The position numbers were made by a program, and so were the translations under genes. From NCBI GenBank assembly GCA_902780585.1, contig CACZGA010000001.1, positions 10,819 to 74,818 of the forward strand: a DNA stretch of 64,000 nucleotides, given 5' to 3'. A model generated the notes under the pieces. That model was not told the DNA's origin. It searched no databases and saw only the letters and a list, made by a program, of their open reading frames with translations. Position 1 is the first letter of the stretch, and the number at the start of each line of letters is the position of its first letter. The stretch is from an uncultured Erysipelotrichaceae bacterium (lineage in GTDB: Bacteria; Bacillota_I; Bacilli_A; RF39; UBA660). Shown piece by piece: positions 1 to 9,117 of this stretch.

Positions 1-1
1 A

Positions 2-226
2 ACATTTACAGTTTCATGTAGAGGATCTAAACACGATAATCTTGCTGAATTTGGTACAGTATTTGAAGTAATTCCTTATGAGGGTAAAGAAGGTTATTTC
101 AAGTTGATCGGAGATGCTCCTCAAAAGGAAGATGATATAATTGAAGTACCAGAAGAAATTGAGGATCCTGATGATATTGTAGATGATGATACTCAGGATA
201 TTGAAGATTTTGAATTAGAACTTTAA
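2..226 (+). CDS. 3' end of a gene cut by the window edge; product ends in a strongly acidic tail (DPDDIVDDDTQDIEDFELEL)
   Basis: Open frame from the window edge to TAA at 224-226, translated by hand. Confidence 0.5.
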   Translation, partial: TFTVSCRGSKHDNLAEFGTVFEVIPYEGKEGYFKLIGDAPQKEDDIIEVPEEIEDPDDIVDDDTQDIEDFELEL

Positions 227-299
227 ATAATGAATTTTAAAGTAGATGTTTTTATATTAATAGATAATTCTTCTTATTTTATGACTAATATGAATATAT

Positions 300-983
300 A
301 TGAATTTTAATTTTAATTCTCTTTCAGAACAGAATTTTACTAGTGCAGCTGGACAATATCTTCGTCCTTATAACATTTATGATGTAAACCTTACTAAGAT
401 TGAAAAAACAACATTAAAGGGTTCTAAAGATCCTAATGCAGAATATCCTGTAATTGCTCTTGAATTTACCGGTTGTGGAGATGATAAGGGAGTATTTACT
501 ACCAATTTATTTATTCCTACTACTGAATCCGATATGGAACGTAAGATGCTGAAAAATGCAAACGGACATGAAAATCCAGTTCCTTCTCGTTTTGAAGAGT
601 TTCAATTTACTTTGATGCAGATTGTTCATGCACTTAATCCTACTGGAGAAGAGAAAATCAAGGAGAATGCTTCTAAAATTAAGAGTATTGATCAATTTAT
701 TGATTTAATTATTAAGGCTCTTAGTAATAAAAACAATATAACTACAAAGCTTAAGCTTGTTGGTAGAAACAATAATGGAACAATTTATGCAGCTATTCCT
801 CGTGCTTGTGGAATTAATAAAGCTGGGGAAATTTTCCCTGTAAACTTTATTGGAGATAATTTATTCTTTACTAACTATGAACTTACACAACAGAAGAAAT
901 ATCAAGATGCCAAACCTACTAATATGGATAAAGTAGATTCTTCTGATGATGACGATATGGATCTTGATGATTTAGAAGTTTAA
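300..983 (+). CDS. hypothetical protein with acidic C-terminal tail; possible ssDNA-binding protein
   Basis: 227-aa ORF. C-terminus DSSDDDDMDLDDLEV resembles the acidic tails of phage SSBs, and the gene sits next to the primase. No diagnostic motif. Confidence 0.35.
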   Translation: MNFNFNSLSEQNFTSAAGQYLRPYNIYDVNLTKIEKTTLKGSKDPNAEYPVIALEFTGCGDDKGVFTTNLFIPTTESDMERKMLKNANGHENPVPSRFEEFQFTLMQIVHALNPTGEEKIKENASKIKSIDQFIDLIIKALSNKNNITTKLKLVGRNNNGTIYAAIPRACGINKAGEIFPVNFIGDNLFFTNYELTQQKKYQDAKPTNMDKVDSSDDDDMDLDDLEV

Positions 984-1004
984 TAAAATAAAATATAGAC
1001 TCTT

Positions 1005-2003
1005 ATGGAATTTATATCGTTAAAACCAAAAATTACTAAAGACTTTATACTTTCCAAAGTAAATCAGGAGTCTATAATGCAACACTATACCGGACTGGAC
1101 GTTAACTCTAAAAAGTTAATGCTCAGTCCATTTAGAGTTGATAATCATTTTACTGTATCTTTTTATAAATCTAAATCTGATATATTGTATTTACATGATT
1201 TTGCTACTAATGAACATATTAATTGTTTTCAAGCTGTTATGAAAAAGTTTGGAGTAAATTTTTATGAAGCATTAAATATAATAGCAAAAGATTTTGGACT
1301 AATAGAAGGAGAAAACGATATAAAAATTAAACCACTAAGTGTACAACCTTTAAAAGAAACTGAGTCTTCAAGGTTACAAGTTCAAATAAAGAGTTATACT
1401 AATAAAGAATTAGAATGGTGGAAACAATTTGGAATATCTGTTAAGACTTTAAAGAAGTTTCATGTATTTTCTATAGAACACGTATTCTTAAATGGAGAAT
1501 TAAAGTTTACATCATCTGAACAATGTCCAATTTACGGATATTATTTTGGTAAGGATAAAAATTCTGTAGAAAAATGGAAAATATACTTTCCTTTAAAAGA
1601 AAATTATAGATTTCTAAATAATTTATCTAAAAAAGTACTTCAAGGTTATCATCAACTTCCTAAGACTGGAGATTTACTTGTTATTACAAAATCTATGAAG
1701 GATTTAATGGCTATGTATGAGTTTGGCATATCAGCAGTATCTCCTAATAGTGAAACTCTTTTTATAGATGATAAAAAATTAGAAGAATTTAAAAAACGTT
1801 TTAAACATATTCTAGTATTGTACGATCAAGATAGACCAGGTAAACATAATATGTGGTTAATTCGTAAACAATATCCAGAATTAAACTATTATTTTATGCC
1901 TTGGTATTTAGCAAAAGATTTTACTGATTCTATTAAAATGGTAGGAGTAGAGAATATGAAAGAATATGTTAATGAATTTATGTCTAATTATAAATTTAAA
2001 TAA
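1005..2003 (+). CDS. DNA primase, Toprim type, with a degenerate N-terminal zinc-binding region
   Basis: Toprim-like LVITKSMKD (Glu position degenerate) and LYDQDRPG (DxD) motifs. The N-terminal SPFRVDNHFTVSF...CFQAV...FYEALNIIAKDFGL follows the layout of a DnaG/T7-type primase zinc-binding region, but most Cys/His are lost. Confidence 0.6.
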   Translation: MEFISLKPKITKDFILSKVNQESIMQHYTGLDVNSKKLMLSPFRVDNHFTVSFYKSKSDILYLHDFATNEHINCFQAVMKKFGVNFYEALNIIAKDFGLIEGENDIKIKPLSVQPLKETESSRLQVQIKSYTNKELEWWKQFGISVKTLKKFHVFSIEHVFLNGELKFTSSEQCPIYGYYFGKDKNSVEKWKIYFPLKENYRFLNNLSKKVLQGYHQLPKTGDLLVITKSMKDLMAMYEFGISAVSPNSETLFIDDKKLEEFKKRFKHILVLYDQDRPGKHNMWLIRKQYPELNYYFMPWYLAKDFTDSIKMVGVENMKEYVNEFMSNYKFK

Positions 2004-2005
2004 TT

Positions 2006-2143
2006 ATGAATAAACAAGAATATTTAGAATCATTAACTCAAGATGATTTATTTGTTATTATTAAATATGGTTTAATAGGTCATGCTCCTTCTGGTGTAAC
2101 AGTAGAGGATATTTATTATGTAATTCAATGTAATCCATTATGA
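2006..2143 (+). CDS. small hypothetical protein (45 aa)
   Basis: ATG 2006 to TGA 2141-2143, with an ATGA overlap onto the next gene. Fills an otherwise empty gap. Confidence 0.35.
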   Translation: MNKQEYLESLTQDDLFVIIKYGLIGHAPSGVTVEDIYYVIQCNPL

Positions 2144-2346
2144 AAGTTTATATAGCTAAAGATTGGACAGGTTCTAAAGTATTTACAGAACCTCCAGTAC
2201 TTATGAAATGCGGAGGAATGCCAGATATTTGGACTGGTCATAAACTTCCTTTTAATATTACAGGTTCTTTTGTAGAAGATGAAATTCTAAGAGGACAATA
2301 TTTGGAAAGAAACATTCTTTGGTCAATAATACATATTATAAAATGA
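2140..2346 (+). CDS. hypothetical protein
   Basis: ORF track entry, compactly overlapped with its neighbours. Confidence 0.5.
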   Translation: MKVYIAKDWTGSKVFTEPPVLMKCGGMPDIWTGHKLPFNITGSFVEDEILRGQYLERNILWSIIHIIK

Positions 2347-2552
2347 AACCTTCAAATAAACAATTAGAAATAATTAAATTCTGTAAAAGTATATTATCTA
2401 CTTGGGAATCCACAAATGATATTACTTCTCCAACACATTGGAATGATTTGCAAGAATTTGTAGATGCAGATCTTGAAAATTATCCAAATAAAATAAAGGA
2501 TGGAATTTATGATTCTTTATCAGATTTACTTAATATAATTAGAAAAGTATGA
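2343..2552 (+). CDS. hypothetical protein
   Basis: The track ORF 2319-2552 begins at a TTG. The in-frame ATG at 2343 forms an ATGA overlap with the upstream stop. Confidence 0.5.
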   Translation: MKPSNKQLEIIKFCKSILSTWESTNDITSPTHWNDLQEFVDADLENYPNKIKDGIYDSLSDLLNIIRKV

Positions 2553-2845
2553 TAATTACCGAATCTACATTAGATAAACTTCCAAAAAAAGAGCAGAACC
2601 TAATAGTTGCTTTATTAAGTGATTTAGAAGAAATAAATCATAATTTATCATTACGTTCTCCTAATATACAACTAGACTGGATTGATAAACATACTGAATA
2701 TCCTCCAGAAAGAGTAGATCCTTGTCCAGATTATTATGGAATGTATAGAGTAATTCAAGGAAATAAAGTTTTAGGAGTTGAAATGGATATAGATACTCTT
2801 GATACAGCTTTATGTTTATTATATAATTTTATAATAGATGACTAA
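2549..2845 (+). CDS. hypothetical protein
   Basis: ORF track entry with an ATGA overlap onto the upstream gene. Confidence 0.55.
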   Translation: MIITESTLDKLPKKEQNLIVALLSDLEEINHNLSLRSPNIQLDWIDKHTEYPPERVDPCPDYYGMYRVIQGNKVLGVEMDIDTLDTALCLLYNFIIDD

Positions 2846-2987
2846 GAAAGATATAATTAAGATATTAGAGAAAGGACTAGAATCTTGTGAATTTAATTAT
2901 AGTCCAGAAGATATTTGGTATAAGATAATAGGAATTTATCTTAGAGAAACAAGTAATAGTAAATATGAAGAAGAGTTAGAATCTTAA
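2838..2987 (+). CDS. small hypothetical protein (49 aa)
   Basis: ATG 2838 to TAA 2985-2987, translated by hand. Confidence 0.35.
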   Translation: MTKKDIIKILEKGLESCEFNYSPEDIWYKIIGIYLRETSNSKYEEELES

Positions 2988-3519
2988 TACAGGTGTCAAA
3001 ATAACTGATAAAGGGGGAAATACTTATATATACGATAGTATAGAAAAAGCCTCTGAGATGACACAAATGAGTATACAAACATTAAAAATAAGAGCTAATA
3101 AAAATAATATTCCTAAAGATGGAATAAAAGTTGAATGGTTAGATCCATCAACTAAAAAACATTACACTGCTAAGAGATCTAAGCAAAAAGGTAGTCAACT
3201 TGAGCTAGATGTTATTCACAAGTTAAACGAAATAGGATATAATACTGTTAGTAGTAGATCTAATAGTAAAAATCTTGATAATGCAAAAGTAGATGTAGAT
3301 GATTTAGGTGGAAATCTTCCAGTTTATATTTAGTGTAAAGCTACATAGACAACTCCCTCTTATTTTAAAATAGAAGAAGAGTGTCCTTTAAAAGATAAAG
3401 ATTTTGTAGTTGTTTGGAAGAAACAAGATAAAGATGGAGGACAAAGTCCAGGTACTGTTTTTATTGCTCCATTAAGTTTGTTATATGATTATTTAACTTT
3501 AAAATTAAGAAATGAATAA
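2965..3519 (+). CDS. TAG-containing nuclease candidate: NUMOD1-like HTH plus an Hjc / T7 endonuclease I-like PD-(D/E)XK core
   Basis: Track ORF 3058-3333 stops at TAG. Reading through TAGs at 3331 and 3346 continues the frame to TAA 3517-3519, which overlaps the next ATG (3512). The KGSQLELDVIHKLNEIGYNTVSSRS...VDVDD...PVYI[TAG]CKAT layout parallels Hjc (GSxxE ... D ... ExK). An upstream ATG at 2965 (one more TAG at 2977) completes a GVKITDKGGNTYIYDSIEKASEMTQMSIQTL motif typical of NUMOD1 HTH modules. The alternative start is 3058. Confidence 0.45.
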
Positions 3520-3739
3520 ATATATTTATGCTGAGGCTACTGAGGATTACTGGCCTCAAATTAAATCAATTGAAGCTCGTTCTTATAACGACGCTGTTGA
3601 AAAAATTATTAATAAATATGCAGCTGAATTAGATGATGATGAACTTTTAACTTATGATGATTGGGAATCTTTTAGAGATTTTCTCAATGAATTCAAAGCA
3701 ATCGCATTATCTGATTTGGAAATTTATGAAGAATTATAA
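3512..3739 (+). CDS. hypothetical acidic protein
   Basis: ORF track entry. Confidence 0.55.
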   Translation: MNKYIYAEATEDYWPQIKSIEARSYNDAVEKIINKYAAELDDDELLTYDDWESFRDFLNEFKAIALSDLEIYEEL

Positions 3740-4270
3740 ATGAAAAAGTTAAGAGTTGGATTTGATCTTGACGATACTATTTTTGGATTTAGTCAAGGTT
3801 ATCTAAAAAGATTTAAAAAATTTCCAAAGTATGATTGGGCTATAACTAGAAATGTACAACATATTCTTATTAAAGAAAGAGATTTTTGGGTAAATCTTCC
3901 AGTAATAAGACGTCCTAATTTTGAACCTAAACTTTATTGTAGTTCAAGAGTAAATAAAAAATGTTGGACTAAAAAAGCAATAGAAATTAATGATTTACCA
4001 AATAGCCCATTATATCAAATTCCTGGATATCATATACCTAAGAGTAGGTATATTAAGGGAAGAGTAGATGTGTTTGTAGAAGATAGTCCACACCAATGGA
4101 AATTTTTAAATCAAGCAGGAATTCCATGTTTACTTATAGATAGTCCTAATAATAAGGAATTTGGTCCTATACTAAAGATTTATACTCTTGATTATGACGA
4201 AATTGAAGAAGTATATAATTTAGCTAAAGAGATGAATATTTTTAGAGATTTTAATAAATATTTCATATGA
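3740..4270 (+). CDS. HAD-superfamily phosphatase, 5'(3')-deoxyribonucleotidase-like
   Basis: N-terminal GFDLDDTIF matches the HAD motif I (DxDxT); a later VFVEDSP acidic motif is also present; 176 aa. Confidence 0.6.
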   Translation: MKKLRVGFDLDDTIFGFSQGYLKRFKKFPKYDWAITRNVQHILIKERDFWVNLPVIRRPNFEPKLYCSSRVNKKCWTKKAIEINDLPNSPLYQIPGYHIPKSRYIKGRVDVFVEDSPHQWKFLNQAGIPCLLIDSPNNKEFGPILKIYTLDYDEIEEVYNLAKEMNIFRDFNKYFI

Positions 4271-4359
4271 TGACAGTTAGTGGATTTTGGGGATTTGCTA
4301 CAATTACTATAATTGCAGCAGCCTTTGTATATTATACTTATATGAAGTATAAAAAGTAA
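4267..4359 (+). CDS. 30-aa single-pass membrane peptide
   Basis: ATGATG at 4267 to TAA 4357-4359. Hydrophobic core GFWGFATITIIAAAFVYY. Overlaps both neighbours. Confidence 0.35.
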   Translation: MMTVSGFWGFATITIIAAAFVYYTYMKYKK

Positions 4360-5387
4360 TGGAAATTGATAAAGAATTAATTAAACAAATTAAAATAACT
4401 CCAATATTGGATTCTTTAAAACTAGAGGATATTGATGATGATATATATTTTTCAGAGAAATTTAAAAACTACATAAGTAATTCACGTTTAGGAATACTTA
4501 AAAAAGATGGTGTTAAAGTTTTCTTTGAAGGAATACCTCAAGTATATAATCCAAGTTTTGAAACAGGTAGTCTTATTCATCAACAAGTATTACAACCAGA
4601 AGCATTTGAAGTAATTAATACTGTATTTAAACCAACAGCTAAAGCTGGATTAATGGCTGATGCTTTATATAAATCTGATGGAACTGTTCCTACTGATGAT
4701 GAAATTAAAAGTATGTCTTATGTAATTGGTTATTACAAAGATAAACTTACTGTTAATAGACTTAGTGAATTTAGACAAAAAGCAGAACCATATTGGAGAG
4801 ATAGATTTCTATATGAGACAAATAATCCTTTTAAGGAGGGTGATAAGAAACGTATATATACTGATGAGAGGAATTTTGAATTATTAACAAATTGTCTTAA
4901 AACATTAAATGAAGATAAAAATATTCAAAATTTACTTCATCCAAGTGGTATTATAGATATTCCAATTATAGGAAATGAAAAAACTATTTTGTTAGATATT
5001 CAGATGGAAGTTCCTGGATATGAACCAAGAACATATAAATTAAAGGCTAAATTAGATAATTTTAGTATTGATACAGAAGAAAATACTATAACTGTAAATG
5101 ATTTAAAAACTACTAGTAGACCTGCTGTTCAGTTTGATCCAGAATATTTTAGTTATCAAAGAGAAATTGCTTTTTATAGTTATTTACTTAAGAATGTTGC
5201 TAGTAAGTATTATAATATAGAAAAACCTGTAGTTAAAGGTAATTTCTTAGTAGTATCTACAATTCCAGATTATAATACTTTAGTATATCCTATGACTCCA
5301 AAATTATTTAAGAGTGGAATGCAAGAAGTAAGTTATTTACTTAAATGTGTTGCATATTTTAATCAAGTTAAAGGATATGAATTTTAA
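4359..5387 (+). CDS. PD-(D/E)XK nuclease, RecB/Cas4-like family
   Basis: Ordered motifs GSLIHQQV, KLDNFSID ... VNDLKTT (D ... D-x-K) and QREIAFYSY (QxxxY). Confidence 0.6.
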   Translation: MEIDKELIKQIKITPILDSLKLEDIDDDIYFSEKFKNYISNSRLGILKKDGVKVFFEGIPQVYNPSFETGSLIHQQVLQPEAFEVINTVFKPTAKAGLMADALYKSDGTVPTDDEIKSMSYVIGYYKDKLTVNRLSEFRQKAEPYWRDRFLYETNNPFKEGDKKRIYTDERNFELLTNCLKTLNEDKNIQNLLHPSGIIDIPIIGNEKTILLDIQMEVPGYEPRTYKLKAKLDNFSIDTEENTITVNDLKTTSRPAVQFDPEYFSYQREIAFYSYLLKNVASKYYNIEKPVVKGNFLVVSTIPDYNTLVYPMTPKLFKSGMQEVSYLLKCVAYFNQVKGYEF

Positions 5388-5724
5388 GGAGCTTAGAAGT
5401 TTTTATTCTGAACATTTTAGTTTAGGATATTTAAATCTTCCAGACAAAGATGGACATTCTTCATTCGAAAGAAAACTAATTCTTATTTCTCTAATATGTT
5501 ATGTTGTAGAGAAAAATAAAGCAAAAAATCCAGATTTAACTCATTATGCTTTATTATATAGGATAAATTCAAATTTAAATTTACCTGATGATTTCATAAA
5601 AGGATTAGCAATAGTTTGTGAAGATTTTTCATATCAATGTCACAACTTTCCTACATTTGGTCTGGAAGGCAAAAAAATTTTAGAAGAGATAGTTTCAATT
5701 CTAAAAACTTATATTCCGTTTTGA
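5377..5724 (+). CDS. hypothetical protein
   Basis: The track ORF starts at GTG 5347. The in-frame ATG at 5377 overlaps the upstream stop. Confidence 0.5.
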   Translation: MNFKELRSFYSEHFSLGYLNLPDKDGHSSFERKLILISLICYVVEKNKAKNPDLTHYALLYRINSNLNLPDDFIKGLAIVCEDFSYQCHNFPTFGLEGKKILEEIVSILKTYIPF

Positions 5725-5883
5725 TAAAAATTTTCAAATGTTAAAAATATGTTAAAATCATATTTTTTATTTTGAGAATTAATAATAAATAATAAATTTA
5801 ATATGTTCTTCGATGAGGAGAAAGATAATTCCATAATAGTAGATAGTTGATGTCAGCTTAGGCTGAATGAAAATGTATAAATT

Positions 5884-6435
5884 ATGATTTTTATTATGGA
5901 GAATAATGTATTCTTTACGAAATTTGAGACTATTGGTTTAACCAAAGATGAAGCTAAGAAGAACTCTGAACTTAACCTTCGTGTTGATGCTACACAGGCA
6001 TATAAGAAATGGGCTAAGGAAAATACAACTAATGAAGATAATGTAAGAGAATGGATGGTTGACTATCTTAATAAGAAAAAGTTTAATATGCCTAATGATG
6101 GTGCATATATCGTTCTTCAGTCACCTGTTCTCGATTCAAGAGAGCGTCCTTATAAGGTAGAAAAGATTAAGTATGAAACTCGTACACATACTCCTATAAG
6201 AGTTTATGTTGGACGTGCTCAAGATACCGGTGAGGAAATCTTCACTGAGAAGAATGCAAAGGCTGCTGAACAAGCTGCTAAGGAGTGGTTGATTGATAAC
6301 CATGTAGGTGTAGATATTGCTATTGAAACTCGTATGAAAGAGAAGAATTCTCTTTATGCAAAGGTTAATTATGTTCCTTCAAAGGGTACACAACCTTGTA
6401 AGTTACTTGTATTTGGTTATAAGGTTATGCAATAA
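5884..6435 (+). CDS. hypothetical protein in a stand-alone expression unit
   Basis: 183-aa ORF with a 159-nt AT-rich spacer upstream and a strong hairpin terminator downstream. Its codon choice (cgt, ctt, ggt) is less AT-skewed than in neighbouring genes. Confidence 0.6.
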   Translation: MIFIMENNVFFTKFETIGLTKDEAKKNSELNLRVDATQAYKKWAKENTTNEDNVREWMVDYLNKKKFNMPNDGAYIVLQSPVLDSRERPYKVEKIKYETRTHTPIRVYVGRAQDTGEEIFTEKNAKAAEQAAKEWLIDNHVGVDIAIETRMKEKNSLYAKVNYVPSKGTQPCKLLVFGYKVMQ

Positions 6436-6460
6436 TCTCAGATTTTGTAAACTCTCATAT

Positions 6461-6497
6461 AAAGCTGACTAAGATTCTTTTCTTAGTCAGCTTTTTT
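6461..6497 (+). terminator. rho-independent terminator
   Basis: aaagctgactaag / cttagtcagcttt forms a perfect 13-bp stem and is followed by a T run. Confidence 0.7.
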
Positions 6498-6524
6498 GTT
6501 ATCACCTTTGTAAAACATTGAAAA

Positions 6525-8021
6525 ATGAATAAAATAAGTGAGAAAAAAGTAAAAGAATTAATTGAAGAATTAACAAAACTATCTTCTTTAAAAGATAGTA
6601 AAAGAAAAATAAGCTATTGGTATTCTCAAAAACAAAATGTTGTAAATTCTGAAAATTTATCTACAGATCTAATTAAAGAATTTCTAGATTTATACAATAG
6701 TTTAAAGAAGAAATCTGGAAGAGTAGAAAGTGTAGAAACTGATGATAGAGCTATCACAAATGTAGAAAGAGATGAAGATGGATTAATTCAATATTATACA
6801 TTTGAAATATATAGAAAAGATTCTCCTACTTTAATTGGAAAACTTGATAGAAAAGAAATGGAAACTATATATAGGTTATATACTATATATGGAGCTAATC
6901 TTACACAAAAAATTGTATCTAGAGAATTTCCGGAATATACATTTGTAGAATTTAAAAGAATTTTAAGAGCATTTAATATTTATAAAGCCAATTCTGAATT
7001 TGCTCCTCATATTATAGAAGAAAGATCAGAAGAAGAACTTATTAATCTTCATAATCAAAATAAAGAAAATAATGTTCTTAGAAGAATTGAGAAAGATCAA
7101 TTAGTTGAAGCTAATAAACTTATTAATAAATTAGCTAAAGAAAATCTTGAATTAAAGAAAAACACAGGAGATTTTCATTTTATTGAAGATGTAGAAATCA
7201 AGCCTTTTAAAATTAAAGAAAAATATGATACACATAAAGATTTAATATTACATTTATCTGATATTCATGTTGGAGCAAAATGTAATAGTGGAAGTCTTTA
7301 TGAAAATAATTGGAATGAAGAAGAGCTTGAAAGAAGGCTTAGTAGAATCGTTGATTTAATTGAAGATTCATTTGGTATTCTTGATACAATAGTTATAAAT
7401 ATGTTAGGAGATTATCTTGATGGAATGGATAATCAAACCGCAAGACGTGATCATTTTATGCCTCAAAACATGGATAATAGAGAACAATTTAATGTTTTTA
7501 TTAGACAAATGTTAATGTTTGTTGGCAAATTAAGTAACTATTGTAGTAGAATTATCATATATGCTGTTCCAGAAGGAAATCATGGAGGAACTGCTGATTA
7601 TATGGCTATTAAAGCATTAGAATATATTACAACAAAGAAGTTTCCTGATATTAAATTTAACGTATTTGAAAAGTATTATGGATATTACAAATTTAATAAT
7701 GAATCGTATGTCTTACATCATGGTAAGGACGGACAATTTATGAAGAAACCTATGCCATTAAATCTTAATGATTCGGCTAGTGTTATGATTAGAGATTGGC
7801 TTGATACAGAAGGAATTTATGAAAGTAATGTTCATATTATAAAAGGTGATTTACATTCTAATAATCTTAATTCTTGTAGAAAATTTGATTATAGAAATGT
7901 ATTAAGTCTTTTTGGTAATTCAGATTATAGTATGATGAATTATCCAACTAATTCATATGGTATCTCATATGATTTCTTTATTAATGGATTTAGAACTATA
8001 GGAACATTCGAAAATTTTTAG
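6525..8021 (+). CDS. calcineurin-like metallophosphoesterase (Mre11/SbcD-like) with an N-terminal coiled-coil region
   Basis: Motifs LSDIHVG, MLGDYLDG, EGNHGG and LHHGKDG occur in the canonical order. The ORF ends at TAG 8019-8021, and the next in-frame stop is TGA 8043-8045. Confidence 0.7.
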   Translation: MNKISEKKVKELIEELTKLSSLKDSKRKISYWYSQKQNVVNSENLSTDLIKEFLDLYNSLKKKSGRVESVETDDRAITNVERDEDGLIQYYTFEIYRKDSPTLIGKLDRKEMETIYRLYTIYGANLTQKIVSREFPEYTFVEFKRILRAFNIYKANSEFAPHIIEERSEEELINLHNQNKENNVLRRIEKDQLVEANKLINKLAKENLELKKNTGDFHFIEDVEIKPFKIKEKYDTHKDLILHLSDIHVGAKCNSGSLYENNWNEEELERRLSRIVDLIEDSFGILDTIVINMLGDYLDGMDNQTARRDHFMPQNMDNREQFNVFIRQMLMFVGKLSNYCSRIIIYAVPEGNHGGTADYMAIKALEYITTKKFPDIKFNVFEKYYGYYKFNNESYVLHHGKDGQFMKKPMPLNLNDSASVMIRDWLDTEGIYESNVHIIKGDLHSNNLNSCRKFDYRNVLSLFGNSDYSMMNYPTNSYGISYDFFINGFRTIGTFENF

Positions 8022-8022
8022 A

Positions 8023-8763
8023 ATGGAAATGATAACAAGAGATGAAGTATTATCCCAAGCAGTTAATCAATGTATAAAAGAATTATATTCTTTAGTACAA
8101 CCACATGTAGAATGGGATGAATTTGTAATACAAAATAAATTGTATTCAAACCAGTATAAAATATGGGAGGAATCAAGAGATACTGATCCTAATTATATAG
8201 GAAAATCTATAGTAGAATGCATAGGTCCTCGTCCTTATGAATTTTATTATCTTCCTAAAGAAGTAATGAAGAGAGTATGTGATTCTTATGTATATGCTTA
8301 TAGAATTGATACTAGACAAGAATTTTTAGATAGTATAGAAGTTCTCAAAAATTATTGTAAAGAACCTATTGTTGATAAATGGATTGAAGGAGAAGATGAA
8401 AATGATCCTGGACATAGAGGATATGAGCATCCCGATAGTCTACATAAAGAATTAGCAACAATACTAAAGATATATTGCGACGATTCCGAAGCTGATTTTG
8501 GATATGTAGCACAAGAAATACAAAACAAGTTCTTTGAATTCTTAGATATGGCTGGTAACTTCTATAATTGGAATAGAGATTTAAATACTTTTAGTGTCTC
8601 TGTATATTTAGGTCCTAGTCCTAATTCTAATAAAGAAGCAGTTATAGAAAATTGGAAAAAATATAGAGATAAAGACATAAAAATTGATGAAAAACAATAT
8701 GAAGACGAGGATATTGATGATGAACAAATAGAAGAAGAATTTTATGGAGAAGAATTGGATTGA
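8023..8763 (+). CDS. hypothetical protein with an acidic C-terminus
   Basis: ORF track entry. Confidence 0.6.
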   Translation: MEMITRDEVLSQAVNQCIKELYSLVQPHVEWDEFVIQNKLYSNQYKIWEESRDTDPNYIGKSIVECIGPRPYEFYYLPKEVMKRVCDSYVYAYRIDTRQEFLDSIEVLKNYCKEPIVDKWIEGEDENDPGHRGYEHPDSLHKELATILKIYCDDSEADFGYVAQEIQNKFFEFLDMAGNFYNWNRDLNTFSVSVYLGPSPNSNKEAVIENWKKYRDKDIKIDEKQYEDEDIDDEQIEEEFYGEELD

Positions 8764-9115
8764 AAAAATTGAAGGCTTTATTATTAAAGCTATGAATAAG
8801 GGACTTTTTGTTATAGGTTATAAGTATAAGTCGTCTTTTGATGACGAAGAGCTTACCTATGATTTTACTATTGATAATAATATAAATATTACTATTTGTA
8901 TTAATGGAAATTTTATATTATCAACTCCTACAGGAAGATTTAAAGGAACGTTAGATTTAAATAGGAGAAATATTCTTACATTAGACACATTAATTGCAAC
9001 TATTGAAGAATATAGAGAGGATATGGCAATATCTGAATTTGATAATTTCTTCAATAAAGATGATGAAAGTGAAAAGAAGATTAGTATTGATGATCTTGAT
9101 AGTGAGGATGATTAA
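8744..9115 (+). CDS. hypothetical protein
   Basis: ORF track entry. Confidence 0.55.
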   Translation: MEKNWIEKIEGFIIKAMNKGLFVIGYKYKSSFDDEELTYDFTIDNNINITICINGNFILSTPTGRFKGTLDLNRRNILTLDTLIATIEEYREDMAISEFDNFFNKDDESEKKISIDDLDSEDD

Positions 9116-9117
9116 CT

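Noticed and set aside
5725-5883. Suppressor tRNA or other tRNA in the noncoding spacers (5725-5883, 27862-28043, 60693-60789)
   Set aside because: No GC-rich stems and no cloverleaf-compatible segments are visible. A tRNA scan of the full genome is still needed.
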